Assembly: GCA_051747805.1 (NCBI GenBank)
Contig: JBNJGP010000013.1
Coordinates: 1-41,372, forward strand
DNA from: Candidatus Muiribacteriota bacterium
GTDB lineage: Bacteria > Muiribacteriota > Muiribacteriia > Muiribacteriales > Muiribacteriaceae
DNA length: 41,372 bases
Reading direction: 5' to 3'
The notes below the pieces were generated by a model, which was given only the letters and a program-made list of their open reading frames with translations, made no database searches and had not been told where the DNA came from. The translations under genes and the position numbers were made by a program. Below are positions 27,312 to 36,663 of the stretch, piece after piece. Each line of letters starts with the position of its first letter. The first letter of the stretch is position 1.

Positions 27312-29759
27312 TTAATTTAAAATTCGTCTGATTGATTGAACATTTAATAGAAATTTGTTTTTATTAAGAAAATTATCTAACTTATTATTATCATCCTCAA
27401 TCATTTTAATATAATCTAAAAGCATATTTACTGAAAATTCTTTCTGTGATAAACCTTTTTTTATATTGCAGAGGAAAAATGAAAGAATTTTTTCGTAATT
27501 TTTTATACTATTATTTTTATTAAGAATATTAAAAATATAATGTTTAAAAATATCACCGGTATATTTTTCGTGTTTTTTAAAAAATTCCCATGCTTTACTG
27601 ACCCAATATAAATCATCGCATGATTTTAAAATAAGGTCACATGAATCCATAATAAAATGTGAAGAAAAATTAAAAAAATTAAAAAAATCTTTATTTAAAT
27701 TTTTTAGTATATAAAAGGCCTTTTCTTCGCTGCTTTTTTTATAAAAATTACTCCTTAAAACCCCTTCTATTTCTTTTAAAAAATAATTTTCATTATAAAC
27801 CTCTCTCAGTTTTGTTAAAAAAAAGATTAAATAGTTAAAATTTTTAATTTCATAAATTTTTTCTTTTAAAATTTCTTTAAACCCCTCACATTCATCGGGG
27901 CAAACAATATTTAAGACAAGACCATCGACAACAACATCTTCTGCTCTTTTCTGAATATTTATGTTATAAAACTTTCTAAGGCAGATAAGTTGAACAAGTT
28001 TTAATAAAAATAACTTTTTTAAATCATTGTCAGGCCTGTTTTTAATGAAATTCCAGATTATATTTAAATTATCTACAGCAGGAATTTTCAGGTATGTTGA
28101 AATAATAAATATATCAGGATGTTTTTTAATTATATTAATAAACAAATCACTTTTTATATTATAATGGGAGGCTGCATTAAAAAAATAAAAAAAATATCCA
28201 ATTTTCTTTTTTTCCATAACAGCACTTAAAGCTTTTTTTATAATATTATTTTTTAAAGCCTCGTCAATTTCAACATAATTTTCCATACTTTCAACACCCG
28301 GTGTAACCGGGGAATAAAAGTTATTCTCCCCATAAACTCTTACACAATCATAAATTGAATTATAGGAAAATTTTTCTTCACATAATATACATTTATCAGG
28401 AATACTTGATAAATCTGCCTTTAATAGCTTATTTTTAAAAAAAGTGAAATCTTCTATATAAATATCTATTTTTTTGCAACCTGAATATTTTTTTTTATTT
28501 TTAAATTTCAGACAGGATAACCAACATACACAAAAATGATTTTCACTTTTTTTATGTAATTTATTCACTCCAGGATACATTACGTTATCACTTTTTAATT
28601 TCCGGGATGAAAATAATGTAAAATAATTGTTTGTTTCTAAAAATTTTTTTGCTCTTTGCTTATCTTCAGGGCTCTCTATATAAATATCATAAAATTCATA
28701 GGGATAACCTACATTTAATCTTTTTTCATACATTCTGTAAAAATGTTTATAAAAAGCTTTTTCTCTGGCATTTTTAAGGTTGAGAGTTGAATAGTTAACG
28801 CAGTATTTACATATTTCAGGATTATCAAAATTACCAAGATAATGATTTGTCCCATAAAACTGTTTATAAACTTCTGCCGTGATTTTATTTTCTGGATATG
28901 CATGTTTATAAAACGAATCATGAAAACATATTCCCTTTTTATCCTCAGATTCAAGAGGGCTATTGTAGAGAAGGAAACATATTTTTCTTTTAAAATAGCT
29001 TTTAACTGTTTCAACATTTTCGTTTATTTTAATTTTGTATTTTTTTCTTAAATTTTTAATTACATTATAAAAAAACAAAGTATCTTTTTTTCTACCAGTG
29101 ATTAATCTTTTTAAGGTAATAACATAACGCTGTCTCCTCATGGCTACCATATCTTCTGAAATTGAAAAACTGACTTTATGTTTTTTATAAACACCAGAAA
29201 AATATTTAATAAAATCACCTATTTCATTATAGTTTTCCGGCATTATTACAATCTGTGTGAAAATTTCGATATTGTTATATTTTTCATTATGTTTTACAGC
29301 TTTTTGAATAAAATTCTCTGCCGCCCTATAAACTTCATTTCTTTTATCTCTGCCTGCGATTTTCTTATAAGTATCTCTATTGAAAGCATTTATAGATAGA
29401 ATTGTCTTAAACGTCACCTGATATTTGCGTAACATTTTTAATATAAAATCCACATTTTCATGGTTTAAAAGTAAACAGTTGGTTGCAAGAATTACTGTTT
29501 TAATATTTTTTGAGTATTGGGCCGTTTTTAAAACATAAACTAAAATTTCTTTCCACTCCGGGTTAAAAAAAAACTCTCCGTTGTTAAAAAGTGAAACACT
29601 TAAATACTCAGAATTAGCATTAACCTTTTTTTTCACAGTATTCAGCGACATGAATTTATCTGTTTTTTTTTCTGATGGAAGATAATATTTGTTTTTACGG
29701 CAGAAAGCACATTCAAGATTACAAACTGTTGACGTTTCCAGTAAAAGATATTTTTTCAT
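27312..29759 (-). CDS. Large radical SAM protein, paralog of 24139-25782, with long helical C-terminal extension
   Basis: CNLECAFC, NGEFF, ATNCLLL, SINAF...TY; shares many blocks with the paralog (LLET..VCNL.C.FC, YFKRKIC/FFKRKAC, SSIPDKC/SSIPEKC, SYNS). Confidence 0.85.
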   Translation of the reverse strand: MKKYLLLETSTVCNLECAFCRKNKYYLPSEKKTDKFMSLNTVKKKVNANSEYLSVSLFNNGEFFFNPEWKEILVYVLKTAQYSKNIKTVILATNCLLLNHENVDFILKMLRKYQVTFKTILSINAFNRDTYKKIAGRDKRNEVYRAAENFIQKAVKHNEKYNNIEIFTQIVIMPENYNEIGDFIKYFSGVYKKHKVSFSISEDMVAMRRQRYVITLKRLITGRKKDTLFFYNVIKNLRKKYKIKINENVETVKSYFKRKICFLLYNSPLESEDKKGICFHDSFYKHAYPENKITAEVYKQFYGTNHYLGNFDNPEICKYCVNYSTLNLKNAREKAFYKHFYRMYEKRLNVGYPYEFYDIYIESPEDKQRAKKFLETNNYFTLFSSRKLKSDNVMYPGVNKLHKKSENHFCVCWLSCLKFKNKKKYSGCKKIDIYIEDFTFFKNKLLKADLSSIPDKCILCEEKFSYNSIYDCVRVYGENNFYSPVTPGVESMENYVEIDEALKNNIIKKALSAVMEKKKIGYFFYFFNAASHYNIKSDLFINIIKKHPDIFIISTYLKIPAVDNLNIIWNFIKNRPDNDLKKLFLLKLVQLICLRKFYNINIQKRAEDVVVDGLVLNIVCPDECEGFKEILKEKIYEIKNFNYLIFFLTKLREVYNENYFLKEIEGVLRSNFYKKSSEEKAFYILKNLNKDFFNFFNFSSHFIMDSCDLILKSCDDLYWVSKAWEFFKKHEKYTGDIFKHYIFNILNKNNSIKNYEKILSFFLCNIKKGLSQKEFSVNMLLDYIKMIEDDNNKLDNFLNKNKFLLNVQSIRRILN

Positions 29760-30982
29760 TATTTACTCAAGTTTAATAAAATTTTATTCCTGACCTTTTT
29801 TTTATGGTTCTTGCTGTAATAAGATACCCCTTCATCAATGGCAGTTTCGGCCACTTTAATTGCAATATTTTTAACCACATTTTTATCAAATACATCAGGA
29901 ATAATAATATTATTATTTAAGAATTTTTCGGGTAGAACATCTGCCAGAGCTCTGGAGGCAGAAATACACATTTTACGGGTTATTCTATTTACTCTGCTGT
30001 CAAGGGCCCCTCTGAAAATACCGGGAAAACCCAGCAGATTATTAATTTGATTTGGATAATCAGATCTGCCTGTTGCAACTATAAAAGCTCCAGCTTCCAG
30101 AGCAGTCAAAGGATTTATTTCAGGTTCGGGATTTGCAAGTGCAAACACCACGCTTTTATTATTCATTTTTTTAATACTGTCAGCTTTAAGAACATTCCCG
30201 GCAGATACTCCAATAAAAATGTCCGCGCCCTTTAAAGCGTCCTCTAATTTTCCTGAAACTGATTCGATATTTTTGCATATCATTTTATTCTTACGGAAAT
30301 GATAAACATTATCATTTTTTAAAACCCCTTCTTTATCGCATAAAACAATATTTTCAACTCCATAATAATCAAGCAGCTCCGCAATTGAAACACCGGCAGC
30401 ACCAGCACCATTTATAACAACTTTCAGGTCTGATGCATTTTTTTTGGTAATTTTTAATGAATTAATAATACCAGCCAATACAACAACCGCCGTACCCTGC
30501 TGATCATCATGAAAATAAGGAACATTTAAATCAGAAAGCTCATCTTCAACCTCAAAACACCTTGGAGAAGCTACATCCTCAAGATTAATACCACCAAATC
30601 CCGGTGATATATTTTTTATCATAAAAGCAAGTTCCTGAGTATTTAAGCTCGATTTAACGCAAATTGGCCACGCATCAATGTTTGCAAATTTTTTAAAAAG
30701 GGCCGCCTTGCCTTCCATAACTGGAATTGAGGGTTCTGGCCCGAGATTTCCCAGACCAAGTAGTGCCGAACCATCACTTAATATAGCAACAGTGTTTCCT
30801 TTACTGGTTAAATCATAAACTTTTTCTGGTTCTTTATAAATATTTTTACAAACTTCGGCAACTCCCGGAGTATATGCAAGAGAAAGCTCTTCCCTGCTGT
30901 TAATTGGGGTTTTTAACCGAGTTTCAATTTTTCCGGGTCCATTTTTATGATATTTTATTATGTCATTTTTTTTTATGCTCAA
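29759..30982 (-). CDS. NAD(P)-dependent malic enzyme
   Basis: LSLAYTPGVA, LGLGNLGP, VMEGKA.LFK.FA, GGINLED, FHDDQQGTA, GAGAAG, ATGRSDYPNQINN. Confidence 0.95.
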   Translation of the reverse strand: MSIKKNDIIKYHKNGPGKIETRLKTPINSREELSLAYTPGVAEVCKNIYKEPEKVYDLTSKGNTVAILSDGSALLGLGNLGPEPSIPVMEGKAALFKKFANIDAWPICVKSSLNTQELAFMIKNISPGFGGINLEDVASPRCFEVEDELSDLNVPYFHDDQQGTAVVVLAGIINSLKITKKNASDLKVVINGAGAAGVSIAELLDYYGVENIVLCDKEGVLKNDNVYHFRKNKMICKNIESVSGKLEDALKGADIFIGVSAGNVLKADSIKKMNNKSVVFALANPEPEINPLTALEAGAFIVATGRSDYPNQINNLLGFPGIFRGALDSRVNRITRKMCISASRALADVLPEKFLNNNIIIPDVFDKNVVKNIAIKVAETAIDEGVSYYSKNHKKKVRNKILLNLSK

Positions 30983-31517
30983 GAGCCAATTCCATCCCTT
31001 TTCTTGCCGCTTTTTCGTTTAAATCCTCTGTTCCGCGGGGAACTCTGTTTCTTATAGCCTTAATAAGGGCCTTTTTCGAAACACAGCCTGTTAATGCCTG
31101 AACGGCCCCAAGAGACATCATATTAAGCACTATAATATTTCCAAATTCCTCTCTTGCCGTTTTAGCCATTGGGAGACTATATATATTTTCAACATCAACA
31201 GGTAAATTTTTAACCATTGTTGAATCAGTAATTAATATGCCATCTGCCCTTAAATCATCTACATAAGAGTCGCAGGATTTTTGATTTAATGCAACCATAA
31301 CATTAATATTTTCAAGTTTAGGAAACATAATTTCATTTTTGCTTATAATTACTTCTGATTTGCTTGCACCGCCTCTTGCTTCTGGTCCATATGACTGGGT
31401 TTGAGTCGCGTTTACGCCATCATGAATTGTTGCAGCCTCTCCCAGAACAATACCGCCAAGAATAAGCCCCTGTCCACCAGACCCGCTTAATCGAATTTCA
31501 AATTTATCTGATTTCAT
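30963..31517 (-). CDS. korC: 2-oxoacid:ferredoxin oxidoreductase gamma subunit
   Basis: SGSGGQGLIL.G, QSYGPEARGGASK. Confidence 0.9.
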   Translation of the reverse strand: MKSDKFEIRLSGSGGQGLILGGIVLGEAATIHDGVNATQTQSYGPEARGGASKSEVIISKNEIMFPKLENINVMVALNQKSCDSYVDDLRADGILITDSTMVKNLPVDVENIYSLPMAKTAREEFGNIIVLNMMSLGAVQALTGCVSKKALIKAIRNRVPRGTEDLNEKAARKGMELALEHKKK

Positions 31518-31519
31518 AA

Positions 31520-32341
31520 CTATTTCTCCTTAACAGATTGAATTAAATTCATATATTTTGTAACAAAATCCTCTTTATCATAATCTACAAACTCACCTAT
31601 TAAGAATTTTTCTTCCTTTTCTTCATCAGAAAGTTTGTCATACTTTGCTTTTGTAATAAAATTTTCTTTTTGAAACTTCATCATATCAACAGGATCTTTA
31701 ATTTTATTCAACCGTCCATAAGTTGTTGGGCATTGGCTTATAGCCTCAACAAGCGTAAAACCCTTTTTAATAATTGCTTTTTGAATATATCTTTCAAGCT
31801 GCTGGGCATGATAGGCAGTTGCCCTTGCAACGTAGTTAGCTCCAGTTGACTGGGCAAGTGCACAAATATCAAAACTCCTCTCAATATTTCCATCCTGAGC
31901 AGTTGTTGCACGATAAGAAGAAGGAGTTGTGGGCGAAACCTGTCCCCCTGTCATACCATAAATATTATTGTTGTAAACAATAACTTTCAGGTCCATATTT
32001 CTACGGGCCGCATGTATAAAATGATTCCCACCAATTCCAACAGCATCGCCATCTCCCATAACAACAATAACTGTAAGGTCAGGTTTTGCTATTTTCAATC
32101 CTGTAGCAAAAGATAATGCTCTTCCATGAGTTGTATGCAATGTATTAAAATCAACGTAAGTCGGAGTTCTTGAGGAACATCCAATACCAGAAACAACCGC
32201 AATTTTATCCCTGTCAAGGTCCATTTTGTTTATAGTTCTGAGCATTGCACTCATAATTATTCCATGTCCGCAACCGGGACACCATATATGAGGAAATTTT
32301 TTATTTTTTCTTAAATATCTATGCACCGTTGATAATTCCAT
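31520..32341 (-). CDS. korB: 2-oxoacid:ferredoxin oxidoreductase beta subunit
   Basis: WCPGCG, SGIGCS, HTTHGRA, GDGD TPP-binding motif, YGMTGGQ.SPT. Confidence 0.93.
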   Translation of the reverse strand: MELSTVHRYLRKNKKFPHIWCPGCGHGIIMSAMLRTINKMDLDRDKIAVVSGIGCSSRTPTYVDFNTLHTTHGRALSFATGLKIAKPDLTVIVVMGDGDAVGIGGNHFIHAARRNMDLKVIVYNNNIYGMTGGQVSPTTPSSYRATTAQDGNIERSFDICALAQSTGANYVARATAYHAQQLERYIQKAIIKKGFTLVEAISQCPTTYGRLNKIKDPVDMMKFQKENFITKAKYDKLSDEEKEEKFLIGEFVDYDKEDFVTKYMNLIQSVKEK

Positions 32342-33468
32342 TATATAACCTCCAGAATATATTTGGTAAGCTCTTCAGGATAAATCATCGTTCCATCTAT
32401 TTTATCGTATTTTAAAATAGAAACAGAACTTCCAAGTACTCTTTCTACCTCTAGAATCATCTGTCCCATATTCATTTCTGGTACAAATACTTTCTTTTTA
32501 CCGGCTGCATGTTTTAATAAAGCTTTTTCAATAAAAGGCCATATAGTTACAGGTCGTAAAAGGCCGATTTTCACATTATGTTCTTCTCTCAGTTTTTTTA
32601 TTACAGCTTTGGCTGTTCTTGAAACACAGCCGGCAGCAAAAATAAGATATTCTGCATCCTCAAGCATATATTCTTCCCATTTTAAAATATCATCAACATT
32701 ATTTTCTATTTTACGGAATAACCTCCTGATAAAAGAATTAATCTGTGACGGCTTACTAGTTGGAAAACCATCAACGTCATGAACAAGTCCAGTAATATGA
32801 TATCTGTACCCATTTCCGAAAGAAGCAAATGGAGGTATATTTGTGTGATTTCTTTCATATGGAAAAAACCATTCATTTGGAACATTTGGAAGTGGTCTCT
32901 GATAAATTTCTGTTTTTTCAACCGGTGGAATATCAATCATTTCTCTCATATGTCCAATTACCTCATCCAAAAGTAAAATAACCGGTATTCTATATTTTTC
33001 AGAAAGTTCAACACATCTGATGGTTTCAGAATAAATTTCAGGAACTGAATCAGGATAAACAGTAATAATTGGATGATCTCCGTGAGTTCCCCATTTAGCC
33101 TGCATAATATCGCCCTGTGAGGGCATAGTCGGCAACCCTGTAGAAGGACCACCTCTCATAACGTTTACAATAAGACATGGGGTTTCTGTAATAACAGCAT
33201 ACCCTATGTTTTCCTGCATAAGAGATATTCCGGGACCGCTTGTGGCTGTCATGGATTTCAAACCACCAATTGAAGCACCAATAACGGAAGCCATACTTCC
33301 AATTTCATCCTCCATCTGAATAAATCTGCCTTCAATTCTGGGAAGCTCTCTTGACATTATTTCAGCAATTTCAGTAGAGGGCGTAATTGGATACCCGCCA
33401 AAAAATCTGACTCCTCCAGCCAAGGCACCATAAGCACAAACTTCATTACCCTGCATAAATTTTTTCAT
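32341..33468 (-). CDS. korA: 2-oxoacid:ferredoxin oxidoreductase alpha subunit
   Basis: GYPITPSTEIAE, QMEDEI, TATSGPG.SLM.E, RGGPSTG.PT. Confidence 0.93.
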   Translation of the reverse strand: MKKFMQGNEVCAYGALAGGVRFFGGYPITPSTEIAEIMSRELPRIEGRFIQMEDEIGSMASVIGASIGGLKSMTATSGPGISLMQENIGYAVITETPCLIVNVMRGGPSTGLPTMPSQGDIMQAKWGTHGDHPIITVYPDSVPEIYSETIRCVELSEKYRIPVILLLDEVIGHMREMIDIPPVEKTEIYQRPLPNVPNEWFFPYERNHTNIPPFASFGNGYRYHITGLVHDVDGFPTSKPSQINSFIRRLFRKIENNVDDILKWEEYMLEDAEYLIFAAGCVSRTAKAVIKKLREEHNVKIGLLRPVTIWPFIEKALLKHAAGKKKVFVPEMNMGQMILEVERVLGSSVSILKYDKIDGTMIYPEELTKYILEVI

Positions 33469-33471
33469 AAT

Positions 33472-33690
33472 CTACTCCCTGCCCTTTTTCTTTTTATTTT
33501 TATCTTTATTTACAACTACCGCAAAATCCGGGCATCTTAATTCACAAAAACCACATTGAATACATTTTGACTCATCCCATACCGGTTTTTCTGTCATCTT
33601 TTCCATAGTAATGGCTCCCTTTGGACAGAACGCGGCGCAAATTCCGCAATTTTTACACCATTTTTCATAAAAAAAGATTTTTTTATCCAT
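33472..33690 (-). CDS. korD: 2[4Fe-4S] ferredoxin-like delta subunit of the oxidoreductase
   Basis: CKNCGICAAFCP and CIQCGFCELRCPDFA; first gene of the kor cluster; GGAG RBS. Confidence 0.9.
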   Translation of the reverse strand: MDKKIFFYEKWCKNCGICAAFCPKGAITMEKMTEKPVWDESKCIQCGFCELRCPDFAVVVNKDKNKKKKGRE

Positions 33691-33718
33691 ATTATTCTCC
33701 CTAATTTATTCAAAACTA

Positions 33719-33833
33719 ATCTGCTACGCAGATGTTATTGTTTGTTTTCAACAAACAAGTAAAATCACCTATCGGTGATAATCGACTTTACTCGACCCTT
33801 GGTCGTTTACTGTTGGCTTCAGCCAACTTTACT
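33719..33833. repeat. Array of five short perfect hairpins, three positions marked by a TTTACT linker
   Basis: atctgc-tac-gcagat, ttgtttgtt-ttc-aacaaacaa, atcacc-tatc-ggtgat, cgacc-ctt-ggtcg, gttggct-tc-agccaac; tttact at 33787, 33806, 33828. Confidence 0.8.
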
Positions 33834-34656
33834 GCTTCATAGCCGCCTCATAAGTATTTTGTAGTAAAGTCGCAATTGTCATTGGCCCAACTCCGCCTGG
33901 AACTGGTGTTATAAACGAAGCTTTTTGCGAAACTTCTTCAAAAGCAACATCTCCCTTTAATTTGCCATCGACATAATTTGTTCCTACATCAACTATAACA
34001 GCCCCTTTTTTTACCATGTCCCTATTTAAAAATTGGGCTTTGCCAATAGCAGAAACTATTAAATCTGCCTGCTTACAAATTTTTTCCATATTTTCAGTTT
34101 TTGAATGACATACTGTTACTGTCGCATTTGCCTGCGTAAGCATTACAGCCATAGGTTTTCCAACAATATTACTTCTTCCAAGTACAACTGCATTTTTCCC
34201 TTTTAAATCTATATTATATTTTTTCAAAAGTTTCATAACTCCCCATGGAGTACAGGCTTTTAAACACTCTCTTCCCTGAAGAAGTCTGCCCATATTAACA
34301 GAATGAAATCCATCTACATCTTTTTCAAATGATACAGCATCAAGCACTTTATTCTTATTAATATGCCCGGGCAGAGGAAGCTGAACTAAAATTCCGTTTA
34401 TCTCATCATTATTATTCATGTCTTCTATAAGCTTAATTAATTCCTCTTCGGTAATATTTTCATCCAGATTGTATGAAAAAGATTTTATTCCACAGAAAGC
34501 ACAGGCCTTTTTTTTCATATTTGTATATAATTTAGAGGCGTCATCGCTGCCTACAAGAACAACAGCCAGACCAGGTTTTTTATCTAACCTTTTAATTTTT
34601 TCCTTTAATTCACGCTTAATTTCTTTTGAAAGTTTTTTGCCATTAAGAATTTCCAT
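33829..34656 (-). CDS. folD: Bifunctional methylenetetrahydrofolate dehydrogenase/cyclohydrolase
   Basis: GILVQLPLP, KDVDGFH, CTP.G, GRSNIVGKP, TPVPGGVGPMTIA.L. Confidence 0.97.
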   Translation of the reverse strand: MEILNGKKLSKEIKRELKEKIKRLDKKPGLAVVLVGSDDASKLYTNMKKKACAFCGIKSFSYNLDENITEEELIKLIEDMNNNDEINGILVQLPLPGHINKNKVLDAVSFEKDVDGFHSVNMGRLLQGRECLKACTPWGVMKLLKKYNIDLKGKNAVVLGRSNIVGKPMAVMLTQANATVTVCHSKTENMEKICKQADLIVSAIGKAQFLNRDMVKKGAVIVDVGTNYVDGKLKGDVAFEEVSQKASFITPVPGGVGPMTIATLLQNTYEAAMKQ

Positions 34657-35764
34657 AATTTTTTACCTCTCCTGTAATTAATAAAAATAAATCATCATAA
34701 CTTAAAATTTCTCCCATTTTCAGCATACAGTTTTTCATTATGAAATTACGTACGATATCACATAAAAAATCTTTTTCAACAACATCAACCAAATCCAGGT
34801 ACTGTTTTAAAGCGTCCGGATGTCGTATATCATTTAAAAAATTCATTTTAGGTTCATACGATAAACTCGTTGAAATTTCTTTTTTTATTTTAGAAAGCTC
34901 ATCCATAAATTTTTTATAATCAACTCTGCCCTTATTTTTAAAAAGCATACAGAAATTTTTAAACTTATTATTTTCATTATAGAAAAAATAAAAATCTTTC
35001 ATTACTTTTAATTTTTTCAGTATAGAAAACACTATAACCGGCGGTTCCATATTCTGTTTTAACTTTTCATATCCTGAAACCAGTTCCTGAGAGTTTCTGC
35101 ATAAAACATCCCTGAACATTTTATTTAATACATCCATATATTCTCTCTCTTTACCAGATAAAGCTTCACTTATAAGGTCATTATATACAATATCAGAATG
35201 ATTTTTATCAATAAGATACAGGGCGAGTTTTTCCAGCTGAAGTTCAATCATATGCAGGTCTTTATCATAAATCTGAGATAGAATTGTTTCCATAAGGTCT
35301 TTGCTACATGAGACACCGAATTTCTCCATTTTATCCTGGATTAATTTTCTTTTAAACCAGGCTGGAATATCAAAAAGTGAAATTGTAAAAAAATTATCTT
35401 TAACAGATTTTATATTTTTATACTTGTTTATAAAAATAAAAAACGTATTTGAACAAGATTCTGAAAGTTGTGCTATAAATTTTTTTTGAAGTTTAGCACC
35501 TAAATCTTCAAATCCAGTTATAAAATATAATTTTTCCTTTTGAAAAAAACTAAGTTCAAAAAAACTGTTTAAATTAGATTCAAAGTTAGATTTATTTATA
35601 TTTATATTAATAAATTCAATATTTTTATTTTTTGAAATAATTTTAGCAAAATAATATGCAGGAAAAACATCTTCTTTTGAATAAAAAAATAATGAGAAAG
35701 GTTTATTAAGGAGTGTTTTCGGTGCTTTTTCTAATACTTTTTTTAAATCCAGCTGATTTCGCAT
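34643..35764 (-). CDS. holA: Probable DNA polymerase III delta subunit (divergent)
   Basis: Size, 'SFFQKEKLYFI' resembling the delta SLF beta-clamp motif, and 'DLHMIELQLEKLALY' resembling the delta 'L..ELEKL.LY' motif; otherwise weak. Confidence 0.6.
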   Translation of the reverse strand: MRNQLDLKKVLEKAPKTLLNKPFSLFFYSKEDVFPAYYFAKIISKNKNIEFINININKSNFESNLNSFFELSFFQKEKLYFITGFEDLGAKLQKKFIAQLSESCSNTFFIFINKYKNIKSVKDNFFTISLFDIPAWFKRKLIQDKMEKFGVSCSKDLMETILSQIYDKDLHMIELQLEKLALYLIDKNHSDIVYNDLISEALSGKEREYMDVLNKMFRDVLCRNSQELVSGYEKLKQNMEPPVIVFSILKKLKVMKDFYFFYNENNKFKNFCMLFKNKGRVDYKKFMDELSKIKKEISTSLSYEPKMNFLNDIRHPDALKQYLDLVDVVEKDFLCDIVRNFIMKNCMLKMGEILSYDDLFLLITGEVKNYGNS

Positions 35765-35801
35765 TTTTTCACCGGTTTTTTACAAAATTTTTATCTGAAT
35801 T

Positions 35802-35829
35802 ATTATAACTTTTTAATAAATGCTGTCAA
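35802..35829 (-). promoter_or_regulatory. Sigma70-type promoter upstream of holA-folD
   Basis: Minus strand TTGACA (35829-35824), 16-bp spacer, TATAAT (35807-35802). Confidence 0.7.
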
Positions 35830-35847
35830 GCTCATAGGTAAAAATCA

Positions 35848-36663
35848 TTATACAGAATCTGCCGTGACCTTAATTAATTTTTTACTTACAGGATGAATAA
35901 ATTTAACCCGCACACAGTGAAGAAAAAAAGTTTTTCTTTGTGAATGTTTCATGCCACCATAAGCTTTATCAGCAATAAGTGAATGATTCAAATGTTTAAA
36001 ATGCACCCTTATCTGATGGGTTCTACCTGTATATATTTTGGTGGCAACAAGCGAGGAGTACTTATAATCTTTTAAGGTCCTGTAACGGGTTTTTGCTTTT
36101 TTCCCCCGCTCACAAACATAAGTATATGGCATTTTACGAATTAAAGCAGCATTTACAACACCAGTTTTTTTTATTAATTTTGGAGTAAGGGCAACATACG
36201 TTTTTTGATGATTATTAAAAATCCAGGTATGAGCAAACCGGTTTTTAGCCAATATTAAAATACCTGTTGTATCCTTATCTAACCTGTTAACAAACCGGAT
36301 TTTTGATTTTATATTATTTTTTTTATAATAATAATTTACATAAGAGGCAATACAGGGTTTGTTGTTTGAGGCAGTAAAAAAAAGAATTGTTCCCGGCATT
36401 TTATTAATAATAAGAAAAAAATCATCTTCATAAAGTATATCTAAATTATACTTGATAGGAACATAATCAGAATATTTTTCATCCTCAAATTGCAGAAATA
36501 TTTTCTCCCCTTCCCTTAAAATTTTATTTTTATTTAATTTATTATTGTTTAAATCAAGAATTTTATTTTCTTTTATAAGAGATTTTATTAATTTTTTTGA
36601 AAACATTTTGGAATTAAAAAGAAAATCAATTAGTTTCTGTTTCTTTTTTGATTCAATAATCAT
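35848..36663 (-). CDS. RluA/RluD family RNA pseudouridine synthase
   Basis: ILYEDD...INK..G, NRLDKDTTG (catalytic Asp), TGRTHQIRVH, D..YG, LH. Confidence 0.93.
   Translation of the reverse strand: MIIESKKKQKLIDFLFNSKMFSKKLIKSLIKENKILDLNNNKLNKNKILREGEKIFLQFEDEKYSDYVPIKYNLDILYEDDFFLIINKMPGTILFFTASNNKPCIASYVNYYYKKNNIKSKIRFVNRLDKDTTGILILAKNRFAHTWIFNNHQKTYVALTPKLIKKTGVVNAALIRKMPYTYVCERGKKAKTRYRTLKDYKYSSLVATKIYTGRTHQIRVHFKHLNHSLIADKAYGGMKHSQRKTFFLHCVRVKFIHPVSKKLIKVTADSV

Noticed and set aside
33719..33833. Hairpin array as a CRISPR array or tRNA
   Set aside because: The constant part is only 6 bp, the variable parts are 13-21 bp palindromes, no cas genes are present, and there is no cloverleaf or T-loop consensus.
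1968..35489. Numerous short ORFs overlapping long genes (e.g. 1968-2186, 5544-5861, 14932-15312, 22901-23341, 34418-34681)
   Set aside because: Antisense or off-frame shadows of well-supported genes, with no motifs or RBS.
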